In this document: positions 20,801-35,800 of the stretch, piece by piece | How the letters are laid out: every line of letters starts with the position of its first letter | Position numbering within the stretch: the first letter of the stretch is position 1 | From: Nemertoderma westbladi | Taxonomy: Eukaryota; Animalia; Xenacoelomorpha | Length of the DNA stretch: 54,432 nt | Reading direction: 5' to 3' | Assembly (NCBI GenBank): GCA_032718475.1 | Contig: JAUCBJ010008101.1 | Location: 1-54,432, forward strand | Notes under the pieces: model-generated | What the model saw: the letters and a program-made list of their open reading frames with translations, nothing else | Told to the model about the DNA's origin: nothing | The model's database searches: none | Program-made: the position numbers and the translations under genes

Positions 20801-23800
20801 GAGTTCCACAGGACACTTTATATGACCCTGAGAGTTCCACAGGACACTTTATATGACCCCGAGAGTTTCACAGGACACGTTATATGATACCGAGAGTTTC
20901 ACAGGACACTTTATATGACCCTGAGAGTTTCACAGGACACTTTATATGATCCCGAGAGTTTCACAGGACACTTTATATGACCCTGAGAGTTCCACAGGAC
21001 ACTTTATATGACACCGAGAGTTCCAAGGACATTTTATATGACCCTGAGAGTTTCACAGGATACTTTATATGACCCTGAGAGTTCCACAGGACACTTTATA
21101 TGACACCGAGAGTTCCAAGGACATTTTATATGACCCTGAGAGTTCCACAGGATACTTTATATGACCCTGAGAGTTTCACAGGACACTTTATATGACCCTA
21201 AGAGTTCCACAGGACACTTTATATGACCCCGAGAGTTTCACAGGACACTTTATATGACCCTAAGAGTTCCACAGGACACTTTATATGACCCCGAGAGTTC
21301 CACAGGACACTTTATATGACCCCGAGAGTTCCACAGGACACTTTATATGATCCCGAGAGTTCCACAGGACACTTTATATGACCCCGAGAGTTCCACAGGA
21401 CACTTTATATGACCCCGAGAGTTCCACAGGACACTTTATATGATCCCGAGAGTTCCACAGGACACTTTATATGACCCCGAGAGTTCCACAGGACACTTTA
21501 TATGACCCCGAGAGTTCCACAGGACACTTTATATGACCCCGAGAGTTCCACAGGACACTTTATATGACCCCGAGAGTTCCACAGGACACTTTATATGATC
21601 CCGAGAGTTCCACAGGACACTTTATATGACCCCGAGAGTTCCACAGGACACTTTATATGACCCCGAGAGTTCCACAGGACACTTTATATGACCCCGAGAG
21701 TTCCACAGGACACTTTATATGATCCCGAGAGTTCCACAGGACACTTTATATGACCCCAAGAGTTCCACAGGACACTTTATATGACCCTGAGAGTTCCACA
21801 GGACACTTTATATGACCCTGAGAGTTTCACAGGACACTTTATATGACCCTAAGAGTTCCACAGGACACTTTATATGACCCCGAGAGTTCCACAGGACACT
21901 TTATATGACCCCGAGAGTTCCACAGGACACTTTATATGACCCCGAGAGTTCCACAGGACACTTTATATGACCCCGAGAGTTTCACAGGACACTTTATATG
22001 ACCCTGAGAGTTTCACAGGACACTTTATATGATCCCGAGAGTTCCACAGGACACTTTATATGACCCTGAGAGTTCCACAGGACACTTTATATGACCCCGA
22101 GAGTTTCACAGGACACTTTATATGACGCCGAGAGTTTCACAGGACACTTTATATGACCCTGAGAGTTCCACAGGACACTTTATATGACCCCGAGAGTTCC
22201 ACAGGACACTTTATATGATCCCGAGAGTTCCACAGGACACTTTATATGACCCTGAGAGTTCCACACGACACTTTATATGACCCCGAGAGTTCCACAGGAC
22301 ACTTTATATGATCCCAAGAGTTCCACATGACACTTTATATGACCCCGAGAGTTTCACAGGACACTTTATATGACCCTGAGAGTTTCACAGGACACTTTAT
22401 ATGATCCCGAGAGTTTCACAGGACACTTTATATGATCCCGAGAGTTTCACAGGACACTTTATATGATCCCGAGAGTTTCACAGGACACTTTATATGATCC
22501 CGAGAGTTTCACAGGACACTTTATATGACCCCGAGAGTTCCACAGGACACTTTATATGACCCTGAGAGTTCCACAGGACACTTTATATGACCCTGAGAGT
22601 TCCACAGGACACTTTATATGACACCGAGAGTTCCACAGGACACTTTATATGACCCCGAGAGTTCCACAGGACACTTTATATGACCCTGAGAGTTTCACAG
22701 GACACTTTATATGACCCTGAGAGTTCCACAGGACACTTTATATGACCTCGAGAGTTCCACAGGACACTTTATATGACCTCGAGAGTTTCACAGGACACTT
22801 TATATGACCCTGAGAGTTCCACAGGACACTTTATATGACCCTGAGAGTTTCACAGGACACTTTATATGACCCCGAGAGTTTCACAGGACACTTTATATGA
22901 CCCCGAGAGTTCCACAGGACACTTTATATGACCCTGAGAGTTTCACAGGACACTTTATATGACCCTGAGAGTTCCACAGGACACTTTATATGACCCTGAG
23001 AGTTTCACAGGACACTTTATATGACCCCGAGAGTTTCACAGGACACTTTATATGACCTCGAGAGTTTCACAGGACACTTTATATGACCCTGAGAGTTCCA
23101 CAGGACACTTTATATGACCCTGAGAGTTTCACAGGACACTTTATATGACCCCGAGAGTTTCACAGGACACTTTATATGACCCCGAGAGTTCCACAGGACA
23201 CTTTATATGACCCTGAGAGTTTCACAGGACACTTTATATGACCCTGAGAGTTTCACAGGACACTTTATATGATCCCGAGAGTTCCACAGGACACTTTATA
23301 TGACCCTGAGAGTTCCACAGGACACTTTATATGACCCCGAGAGTTTCACAGGACACTTTATATGACGCCGAGAGTTTCACAGGACACTTTATATGACCCT
23401 GAGAGTTCCACAGGACACTTTATATGACCCTGAGAGTTCCACAGGACACTTTATATGACCCTGAGAGTTCCACACGACACTTTATATGATCCCGAGAGTT
23501 CCACAGGACACTTTATATGACCCTGAGAGTTCCACACGACACTTTATATGACCCCGAGAGTTCCACAGGACACTTTATATGATCCCGAGAGTTCCACAGG
23601 ACACTTTATATGACCCTGAGAGTTCCACACGACACTTTATATGACCCCGAGAGTTCCACACGACACTTTATATGACCCCGAGAGTTCCACACGACACTTT
23701 ATATGACCCCGAGAGTTCCACAGGACACTTTATATGATCCCGAGAGTTCCACAGGACACTTTATATGACCCTGAGAGTTCCACACGACACTTTATATGAC

Positions 23801-26800
23801 CCCGAGAGTTCCACACGACACTTTATATGACCCCGAGAGTTCCACACGACACTTTATATGACCCCGAGAGTTCCACAGGACACTTTATATGATCCCGAGA
23901 GTTCCACAGGACACTTTATATGACCCTGAGAGTTCCACACGACACTTTATATGACCCCGAGAGTTCCACAGGACACTTTATATGATCCCAAGAGTTCCAC
24001 ATGACACTTTATATGACCCCGAGAGTTTCACAGGACACTTTATATGACCCTGAGAGTTTCACAGGACACTTTATATGATCCCGAGAGTTTCACAGGACAC
24101 TTTATATGATCCCGAGAGTTTCACAGGACACTTTATATGATCCCGAGAGTTTCACAGGACACTTTATATGATCCCGAGAGTTTCACAGGACACTTTATAT
24201 GATCCCGAGAGTTTCACAGGACACTTTATATGACCCCGAGAGTTCCACAGGACACTTTATATGACCCTGAGAGTTCCACAGGACACTTTATATGACCCTG
24301 AGAGTTCCACAGGACACTTTATATGACCCCGAGAGTTTCACAGGACACTTTATATGACCCCGAGAGTTTCACAGGACACTTTATATGACCCCGAGAGTTT
24401 CACAGGACACTTTATATGATCCCGAGAGTTTCACAGGACACTTTATATGATCCCGAGAGTTTCACAGGACACTTTATATGACCCCGAGAGTTTCACAGGA
24501 CACTTTATATGACCCTAAGAGTTTCACAGGACACTTTATATGACCCCGAGAGTTCCACAGGACACTTTATATGACGCCGAGAGTTCCACAGGACACTTTA
24601 TGACCCTGAGAGTTCCACAGGACACTTTATATGACCCCGAGAGTTTCACAGGACACTTTATATGATCCCGAGAGTTCCACAGGACACTTTATATGACGCC
24701 GAGAGTTTCACAGGACACTTTATATGATCCCGAGAGTTTCACAGGACACTTTATATGACCCCGAGAGTTTCACAGGACACTTTATATGACCCTAAGAGTT
24801 TCACAGGACACTTTATATGACCCCGAGAGTTCCACAGGACACTTTATATGACGCCGAGAGTTCCACAGGACACTTTATGACCCTGAGAGTTCCACAGGAC
24901 ACTTTATATGACCCCGAGAGTTCCACAGGACACTTTATATGACGCCGAGAGTTCCACAGGACACTTTATGACCCTGAGAGTTCCACAGGACACTTTATAT
25001 GACCCCGAGAGTTTCACAGGACACTTTATATGACCCTAAGAGTTTCACAGGACACTTTATATGACCCCGAGAGTTCCACAGGACACTTTATATGACCCCG
25101 ATAGTTTCACAGGACACTTTATATGACCCCGAGAGTTCCACAGGACACTTTATATGACCCTGAGAGTTTCACAGGACACTTTATATGACCCTAAGAGTTT
25201 CACAGGACACTTTATATGACCCCGAGAGTTCCACAGGACACTTTATATGACGCCGAGAGTTCCACAGGACACTTTATATGACCCCGAGAGTTCCACAGGA
25301 CACTTTATATGACGCCGAGAGTTCCACAGGACACTTTATGACCCTGAGAGTTCCACAGGACACTTTATATGACCCCGAGAGTTTCACAGGACACTTTATA
25401 TGATCCCGAGAGTTCCACAGGACACTTTATATGACACCGAGAGTTCCACAGGACACTTTATATGACCCTGAGAGTTCCACAGGACACTTTATATGACCCC
25501 GAGAGTTTCACAGGACACTTTATATGATCCCGAGAGTTTCACAGGACACTTTATATGACCCTGAGAGTTCCACAGGACACTTTATATGACACCGAGAGTT
25601 TCACAGGACACTTTATATGATCCCGAGAGTTTCACAGGACACTTTATATGACCCCGAGAGTTTCACAGGACACTTTATATGACCCTGAGAGTTTCACAGG
25701 ACACTTTATATGACCCCGAGAGTTTCACAGGACACTTTATATGACCCTAAGAGTTTCACAGGACACTTTATATGACCCCGAGAGTTCCACAGGACACTTT
25801 ATATGACGCCGAGAGTTCCACAGGACACTTTATGACCCTGAGAGTTCCACAGGACACTTTATATGACCCCGAGAGTTTCACAGGACACTTTATATGATCC
25901 CGAGAGTTCCACAGGACACTTTATATGACGCCGAGAGTTTCACAGGACACTTTATATGATCCCGAGAGTTTCACAGGACACTTTATATGACCCCGAGAGT
26001 TTCACAGGACACTTTATATGACCCTAAGAGTTTCACAGGACACTTTATATGACCCCGAGAGTTCCACAGGACACTTTATATGACGCCGAGAGTTCCACAG
26101 GACACTTTATGACCCTGAGAGTTCCACAGGACACTTTATATGACCCCGAGAGTTCCACAGGACACTTTATATGACGCCGAGAGTTCCACAGGACACTTTA
26201 TGACCCTGAGAGTTCCACAGGACACTTTATATGATCCCGAGAGTTTCACAGGACACTTTATATGATCCCGAGAGTTCCACAGGACACTTTATATGACGCC
26301 GAGAGTTTCACAGGACACTTTATATGATCCCGAGAGTTTCACAGGACACTTTATATGACCCCGAGAGTTTCACAGGACACTTTATATGACCCTAAGAGTT
26401 TCACAGGACACTTTATATGACCCCGAGAGTTCCACAGGACACTTTATATGACGCCGAGAGTTCCACAGGACACTTTATGACCCTGAGAGTTCCACAGGAC
26501 ACTTTATATGACCCCGAGAGTTCCACAGGACACTTTATATGACGCCGAGAGTTCCACAGGACACTTTATGACCCTGAGAGTTCCACAGGACACTTTATAT
26601 GACCCCGAGAGTTTCACAGGACACTTTATATGATCCCGAGAGTTTCACAGGACACTTTATATGATCCCGAGAGTTCCACAGGACACTTTATATGACGCCG
26701 AGAGTTTCACAGGACACTTTATATGATCCCGAGAGTTTCACAGGACACTTTATATGACCCCGAGAGTTTCACAGGACACTTTATATGACCCTAAGAGTTT

Positions 26801-29800
26801 CACAGGACACTTTATATGACCCCGAGAGTTCCACAGGACACTTTATATGACGCCGAGAGTTCCACAGGACACTTTATGACCCTGAGAGTTCCACAGGACA
26901 CTTTATATGACCCCGAGAGTTCCACAGGACACTTTATATGACGCCGAGAGTTCCACAGGACACTTTATGACCCTGAGAGTTCCACAGGACACTTTATATG
27001 ACCCCGAGAGTTTCACAGGACACTTTATATGATCCCGAGAGTTTCACAGGACACTTTATATGACCCTGAGAGTTCCACAGGACACTTTATATGACACCGA
27101 GAGTTTCACAGGACACTTTATATGATCCCGAGAGTTTCACAGGACACTTTATATGACCCCGAGAGTTTCACAGGACACTTTATATGACCCTGAGAGTTTC
27201 ACAGGACACTTTATATGACCCCGAGAGTTTCACAGGACACTTTATATGACCCTAAGAGTTTCACAGGACACTTTATATGACCCCGAGAGTTCCACAGGAC
27301 ACTTTATATGACGCCGAGAGTTCCACAGGACACTTTATGACCCTGAGAGTTCCACAGGACACTTTATATGACCCCGAGAGTTTCACAGGACACTTTATAT
27401 GATCCCGAGAGTTCCACAGGACACTTTATATGACGCCGAGAGTTTCACAGGACACTTTATATGATCCCGAGAGTTTCACAGGACACTTTATATGACCCCG
27501 AGAGTTTCACAGGACACTTTATATGACCCTAAGAGTTTCACAGGACACTTTATATGACCCCGAGAGTTCCACAGGACACTTTATATGACGCCGAGAGTTC
27601 CACAGGACACTTTATGACCCTGAGAGTTCCACAGGACACTTTATATGACCCCGAGAGTTCCACAGGACACTTTATATGACGCCGAGAGTTCCACAGGACA
27701 CTTTATGACCCTGAGAGTTCCACAGGACACTTTATATGACCCCGAGAGTTTCACAGGACACTTTATATGACCCTAAGAGTTTCACAGGACACTTTATATG
27801 ACCCCGAGAGTTCCACAGGACACTTTATATGACCCCGATAGTTTCACAGGACACTTTATATGACCCCGAGAGTTCCACAGGACACTTTATATGACCCTGA
27901 GAGTTTCACAGGACACTTTATATGACCCTAAGAGTTTCACAGGACACTTTATATGACCCCGAGAGTTCCACAGGACACTTTATATGACGCCGAGAGTTCC
28001 ACAGGACACTTTATATGACCCCGAGAGTTCCACAGGACACTTTATATGACGCCGAGAGTTCCACAGGACACTTTATGACCCTGAGAGTTCCACAGGACAC
28101 TTTATATGACCCCGAGAGTTTCACAGGACACTTTATATGATCCCGAGAGTTCCACAGGACACTTTATATGACACCGAGAGTTCCACAGGACACTTTATAT
28201 GACCCTGAGAGTTCCACAGGACACTTTATATGACCCCGAGAGTTTCACAGGACACTTTATATGATCCCGAGAGTTTCACAGGACACTTTATATGACCCTG
28301 AGAGTTCCACAGGACACTTTATATGACACCGAGAGTTTCACAGGACACTTTATATGATCCCGAGAGTTTCACAGGACACTTTATATGACCCCGAGAGTTT
28401 CACAGGACACTTTATATGACCCTGAGAGTTCCACAGGACACTTTATATGATCCCGAGAGTTTCACATGACACTTTATATGACCCTGAGAGTTTCACAGGA
28501 CACTTTATATGACCCCGAGAGTTTCACAGGACACTTTATATGACCCCGAGAGTTCCACAGGACACTTTATATGATCCCGAGAGTTTCACATGACACTTTA
28601 TATGACCCTGAGAGTTTCACAGGACACTTTATATGACCCTGAGAGTTTCACAGGACACTTTATATGACCCTGAGAGTTCCACAGGACACTTTATATGATC
28701 CCGAGAGTTTCACAGGACACTTTATATGATCCCGAGAGTTCCACAGGACACTTTATATGACCCCGAGAGTTCCACAGGACACTTTATATGACCCCGAGAG
28801 TTCCACAGGTCACTTTATATGACACCGAGAGTTCCACAGGACACTTTATATGATACCGAGAGTTTCACAGGACACTTTTTATGACCCCGAGAGTTCCACA
28901 GGACACTTTATATGACCCCGAGAGTTCCACAGGTCACTTTATATGACCCCGAGAGTTTCACAGGACACTTTATATGACCCCGAGAGTTCCACAGGACACT
29001 TTATATGACCCCGAGAGTTCCACAGGACACTTTATATGACCCCGAGAGTTTCACAGGACACTTTATATGACCCTGAGAGTTCCACAGGACACTTTATATG
29101 ACACCGAGAGTTCCACAGGACACTTTATATGACACCGAGAGTTCCACAGGACACTTTATATGACCCTGAGAGTTCCACAGGACACTTTATATGACCCTGA
29201 GAGTTCCACAGGACACTTTATATGATCCCGAGAGTTCCACAGGACACTTTATATGACCCCGAGAGTTCCACAGGACACTTTATATGACCCCGAGAGTTCC
29301 ACAGGTCACTTTATATGACACCGAGAGTTCCACAGGACACTTTATATGATACCGAGAGTTTCACAGGACACTTTTTATGACCCCGAGAGTTCCACAGGAC
29401 ACTTTATATGACCCCGAGAGTTCCACAGGTCACTTTATATGACCCCGAGAGTTTCACAGGACACTTTATATGACCCCGAGAGTTCCACATGACACTTTAT
29501 ATGACACCGAGAGTTCCACAGGACACTTTATATGACACCGAGAGTTCCACAGGTCACTTTATATGACCCCGAGAGTTTCACAGGACACTTTATATGACCC
29601 CGAGAGTTCCACATGACACTTTATATGACACCGAGAGTTCCACAGGACACTTTATATGACACCGAGAGTTCCACAGGACACTTTATATGACACCGAGAGT
29701 TCCACAGGACACTTTATATGACACCGAGAGTTCCACAGGACACTTTATATGACACCGAGAGTTCCACAGGACACTTTATATGACCCTGAGAGTTCCACAG

Positions 29801-32800
29801 GACACTTTATATGACCCTGAGAGTTCCACAGGACACTTTATATGACCCCGAGAGTTTCACAGGACACTTTATATGACCCCGAGAGTTCCACATGACACTT
29901 TATATGACACCGAGAGTTCCACAGGACACTTTATATGACACCGAGAGTTCCACAGGACACTTTATATGACACCGAGAGTTCCACAGGACACTTTATATGA
30001 CACCGAGAGTTCCACAGGACACTTTATATGACACCGAGAGTTCCACAGGACTCTTTATATGACCCTGAGAGTTCCACAGGTCACTTTATATGACACCGAG
30101 AGTTCCACAGGACACTTTATATGATACCGAGAGTTTCACAGGACACTTTTTATGACCCCGAGAGTTCCACAGGACACTTTATATGACCCCGAGAGTTCCA
30201 CAGGTCACTTTATATGACCCCGAGAGTTTCACAGGACACTTTATATGACCCCGAGAGTTCCACATGACACTTTATATGACACCGAGAGTTCCACAGGACA
30301 CTTTATATGACACCGAGAGTTCCACAGGTCACTTTATATGACCCCGAGAGTTTCACAGGACACTTTATATGACCCCGAGAGTTCCACATGACACTTTATA
30401 TGACACCGAGAGTTCCACAGGACACTTTATATGACACCGAGAGTTCCACAGGACACTTTATATGACACCGAGAGTTCCACAGGACACTTTATATGACACC
30501 GAGAGTTCCACAGGACACTTTATATGACACCGAGAGTTCCACAGGACACTTTATATGACCCTGAGAGTTCCACAGGACACTTTATATGACCCTGAGAGTT
30601 CCACAGGACACTTTATATGATCCCGAGAGTTTCACATGACACTTTATATGACCCTGAGAGTTTCACAGGACACTTTATATGACCCTGAGAGTTTCACAGG
30701 ACACTTTATATGATCCCGAGAGTTTCACAGGACACTTTATATGACGCCGAGAGTTCCACAGGACACTTTATATGATCCCGAGAGTTCCACAGGACACTTT
30801 ATATGACCCCGAGAGTTCCACAGGACACTTTATATGACCCCGAGAGTTCCACAGGTCACTTTATATGATCCCGAGAGTTTCACATGACACTTTATATGAC
30901 CCTGAGAGTTTCACAGGACACTTTATATGACCCTGAGAGTTTCACAGGACACTTTATATGACCCTGAGAGTTCCACAGGACACTTTATATGATCCCGAGA
31001 GTTTCACAGGACACTTTATATGATCCCGAGAGTTCCACAGGACACTTTATATGACCCCGAGAGTTCCACAGGACACTTTATATGACCCCGAGAGTTCCAC
31101 AGGTCACTTTATATGACACCGAGAGTTCCACAGGACACTTTATATGATACCGAGAGTTTCACAGGACACTTTTTATGACCCCGAGAGTTCCACAGGACAC
31201 TTTATATGACCCCGAGAGTTCCACAGGTCACTTTATATGACCCCGAGAGTTTCACAGGACACTTTATATGACCCCGAGAGTTCCACAGGACACTTTATAT
31301 GACCCCGAGAGTTCCACAGGACACTTTATATGACCCCGAGAGTTCCACAGGTCACTTTATATGACCCCGAGAGTTTCACAGGACACTTTATATGACCCTG
31401 AGAGTTCCACAGGACACTTTATATGACACCGAGAGTTCCACAGGACACTTTATATGACACCGAGAGTTCCACAGGACACTTTATATGACCCTGAGAGTTC
31501 CACAGGACACTTTATATGACCCTGAGAGTTCCACAGGACACTTTATATGATCCCGAGAGTTCCACAGGACACTTTATATGACCCCGAGAGTTCCACAGGA
31601 CACTTTATATGACCCCGAGAGTTCCACAGGTCACTTTATATGACACCGAGAGTTCCACAGGACACTTTATATGATACCGAGAGTTTCACAGGACACTTTT
31701 TATGACCCCGAGAGTTCCACAGGACACTTTATATGACCCCGAGAGTTCCACAGGTCACTTTATATGACCCCGAGAGTTTCACAGGACACTTTATATGACC
31801 CCGAGAGTTCCACATGACACTTTATATGACACCGAGAGTTCCACAGGACACTTTATATGACACCGAGAGTTCCACAGGTCACTTTATATGACCCCGAGAG
31901 TTTCACAGGACACTTTATATGACCTCGAGAGTTTCACAGGACACTTTATATGACCCTGAGAGTTCCACAGGACACTTTATATGATCCCGAGAGTTTCACA
32001 GGACACTTTATATGACCCTGAGAGTTTCACAGGACACTTTATATGACCCTGAGAGTTCCACAGGACACTTTATATGATCCCGAGAGTTTCACAGGACACT
32101 TTATATGACCCTGAGAGTTCCACAGGACACTTTATATGATCCCGAGAGTTTCACAGGACACTTTATATGATCCCGAGAGTTCCACAGGACACTTTATATG
32201 ACCTCGAGAGTTCCACAGGACACTTTATATGACCCTGAGAGTTTCACAGGACACTTTATATGACCCTGAGAGTTCCACAGGACACTTTATATGATCCCGA
32301 GAGTTTCACAGGGCACTTTATATGACCCCGAGAGTTCCACAGGACACTTTATATGATCCCGAGAGTTCCACAGGACACTTTATATGACGCCGAGAGTTCC
32401 ACAGGACACTTTATATGATCCCGAGAGTTCCACAGGACACTTTATATGACCCTGAGAGTTTCACAGGACACTTTATATGACCCTGAGAGTTCCACAGGAC
32501 ACTTTATATGATCCCGAGAGTTTCACAGGACACTTTATATGATCCCGAGAGTTCCACAGGACACTTTATATGATCCCGAGAGTTCCACAGGACACTTTAT
32601 ATGATCCCGAGAGTTTCACAGGACACTTTATATGACCCTGAGAGTTCCACAGGACACTTTATATGATCCCGAGAGTTTCACAGGACACTTTATATGACCC
32701 TGAGAGTTCCACAGGACACTTTATATGATCCCGAGAGTTTCACAGGACACTTTATATGATCCCGAGAGTTCCACAGGACACTTTATATGATCCCGAGAGT

Positions 32801-35800
32801 TCCACAGGACACTTTATATGACCCCGAGAGTTTCACAGGACACTTTATATGACCCTGAGAGTTTCACAGGACACTTTATATGACCCTGAGAGTTCCACAG
32901 GACACTTTATATGATCCCGAGAGTTTCACAGGACACTTTATATGATCCCGAGAGTTCCACAGGACACTTTATATGACTCTGAGAGTTCCACACGACACTT
33001 TATATGACCTCGAGAGTTCCACAGGACACTTTATATGACCCCGAGAGTTTCACAGGACACTTTATATGACCCTGAGAGTTCCACAGGACACTTTATATGA
33101 CACCGAGAGTTCCACAGGACACTTTATATGACACCGAGAGTTCCACAGGACACTTTATATGACCCTGAGAGTTCCACAGGACACTTTATATGACCCTGAG
33201 AGTTCCACAGGACACTTTATATGATCCCGAGAGTTTCACATGACACTTTATATGACCCTGAGAGTTTCACAGGACACTTTATATGACCCTGAGAGTTTCA
33301 CAGGACACTTTATATGACCCTGAGAGTTCCACAGGACACTTTATATGATCCCGAGAGTTTCACAGGACACTTTATATGATCCCGAGAGTTCCACAGGACA
33401 CTTTATATGACCCCGAGAGTTCCACAGGGCACTTTATATGACGCCGAGAGTTTCACAGGACACTTTATATGATCCCGAGAGTTCCACAGGACACTTTATA
33501 TGACACCGAGAGTTCCACAGGACACTTTATATGACCCTGAGAGTTCCACAGGACACTTTATATGACCCTGAGAGTTCCACAGGACACTTTATATGATCCC
33601 GAGAGTTTCACATGACACTTTATATGACCCTGAGAGTTTCACAGGACACTTTATATGACCCTGAGAGTTTCACAGGACACTTTATATGACCCTGAGAGTT
33701 CCACAGGACACTTTATATGATCCCGAGAGTTTCACAGGACACTTTATATGATCCCGAGAGTTTCACAGGACACTTTATATGATCCCGAGAGTTTCACAGG
33801 ACACTTTATATGATCCCGAGAGTTTCACAGGACACTTTATATGACCCTGAGAGTTTCACAGGACACTTTATATGATCCCGAGAGTTCCACAGGACACTTT
33901 ATATGACCCCGAGAGTTCCACAGGACACTTTATATGATCCCGAGAGTTTCACAGGACACTTTATATGACCCTGAGAGTTTCACAGGACACTTTATATGAT
34001 CCCGAGAGTTCCACAGGACACTTTATATGACCCCGAGAGTTTCACAGGACACTTTATATGATCCCGAGAGTTTCACAGGACACTTTATATGATCCCGAGA
34101 GTTTCACAGGACACTTTATATGACCCTGAGAGTTCCACAGGACACTTTATATGATCCCGAGAGTTTCACAGGACACTTTATATGATCCCGAGAGTTCCAC
34201 AGGACACTTTATATGACCCCGAGAGTTCCACAGGGCACTTTATATGATCCCGAGAGTTCCACAGGACACTTTATATGACCCCGAGAGTTCCACAGGACAC
34301 TTTATATGACCCCGAGAGTTCCACAGGACACTTTATATGACGCCGAGAGTTTCACAGGACACTTTATATGACCTCGAGAGTTCCACAGGACACTTTATAT
34401 GACCTCGAGAGTTCCACAGGGCACTTTATATGACGCCGAGAGTTCCACATGACACTTTATATGACCCCGAGAGTTCCACAGGACACTTTATATGACCCTG
34501 AGAGTTTCACAGGACACTTTATATGATCCCGAGAGTTTCACAGGACACTTTATATGACCCCGAGAGTTTCACAGGACACTTTATATGACCCCGAGAGTTT
34601 CACAGGACACTTTATATGACCCCGAGAGTTCCACCGGACACTTTATATGACCCCGAGAGTTTCACAGGACACTTTATATGACCCCGAGAGTTTCACAGGA
34701 CACTTTATATGACCCCGAGAGTTCCACAGGGCACTTTATATGACCCTGAGAGTTTCACAGGACACTTTATATGATCCCGAGAGTTTCACAGGACACTTCA
34801 TATGACCCCGAGAGTTCCACCGGACACTTTATATGACCCTGAGAGTTTCACAGGACACTTTATATGATCCCGAGAGTTTCACAGGACACTTTATATGACC
34901 CCGAGAGTTTCACAGGACACTTTATATGACCCCGAGAGTTTCACAGGACACTTTATATGACCCCGAGAGTTCCACCGGACACTTTATATGACCCTGAGAG
35001 TTTCACAGGACACTTTATATGATCCCGAGAGTTTCACAGGACACTTTATATGACCCCGAGAGTTTCACAGGACACTTTATATGACCCCGAGAGTTTCACA
35101 GGACACTTTATATGACTCCGAGAGTTCCACAGGACACTTTATATGACCCTGAGAGTTTCACAGGACACTTTATATGACCCTGAGAGTTCCACAGGACACT
35201 TTATATGACCCCGAGAGTTCCACAGGACACTTTATATGACCCCGATAGTTTCACAGGACACTTTATATGACCCCGAGAGTTTCACAGGACACTTTATATG
35301 ACCCCGAGAGTTCCACAGGACACTTTATATGACCCTGAGAGTTTCACAGGACACTTTATATGATCCCGAGAGTTTCACAGGACACTTCATATGACCCCGA
35401 GAGTTCCACCGGACACTTTATATGACCCTGAGAGTTTCACAGGACACTTTATATGATCCCGAGAGTTTCACAGGACACTTTATATGACCCTGAGAGTTCC
35501 ACAGGACACTTTATATGACCCCGATAGTTCCACAGGACACTTTATATGACCCCGATAGTTTCACAGGACACTTTATATGACCCCGAGAGTTTCACAGGAC
35601 ACTTTATATGACCCCGAGAGTTCCACCGGACACTTTATATGACCCCGAGAGTTCCACCGGACACTTTATATGACCCTGAGAGTTTCACAGGACACTTTAT
35701 ATGATCCCGAGAGTTTCACAGGACACTTTATATGACCCTGAGAGTTCCACAGGACACTTTATATGACCCCGATAGTTCCACAGGACACTTTATATGACCC

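Noticed and set aside
28800-31900. Recursive splice sites (CAG|GT) created by the CAGGTCAC satellite variant
   Set aside because: GTCACT is a poor donor, the pyrimidine tract is weak, and the variant is simply explained by local amplification of one substitution.
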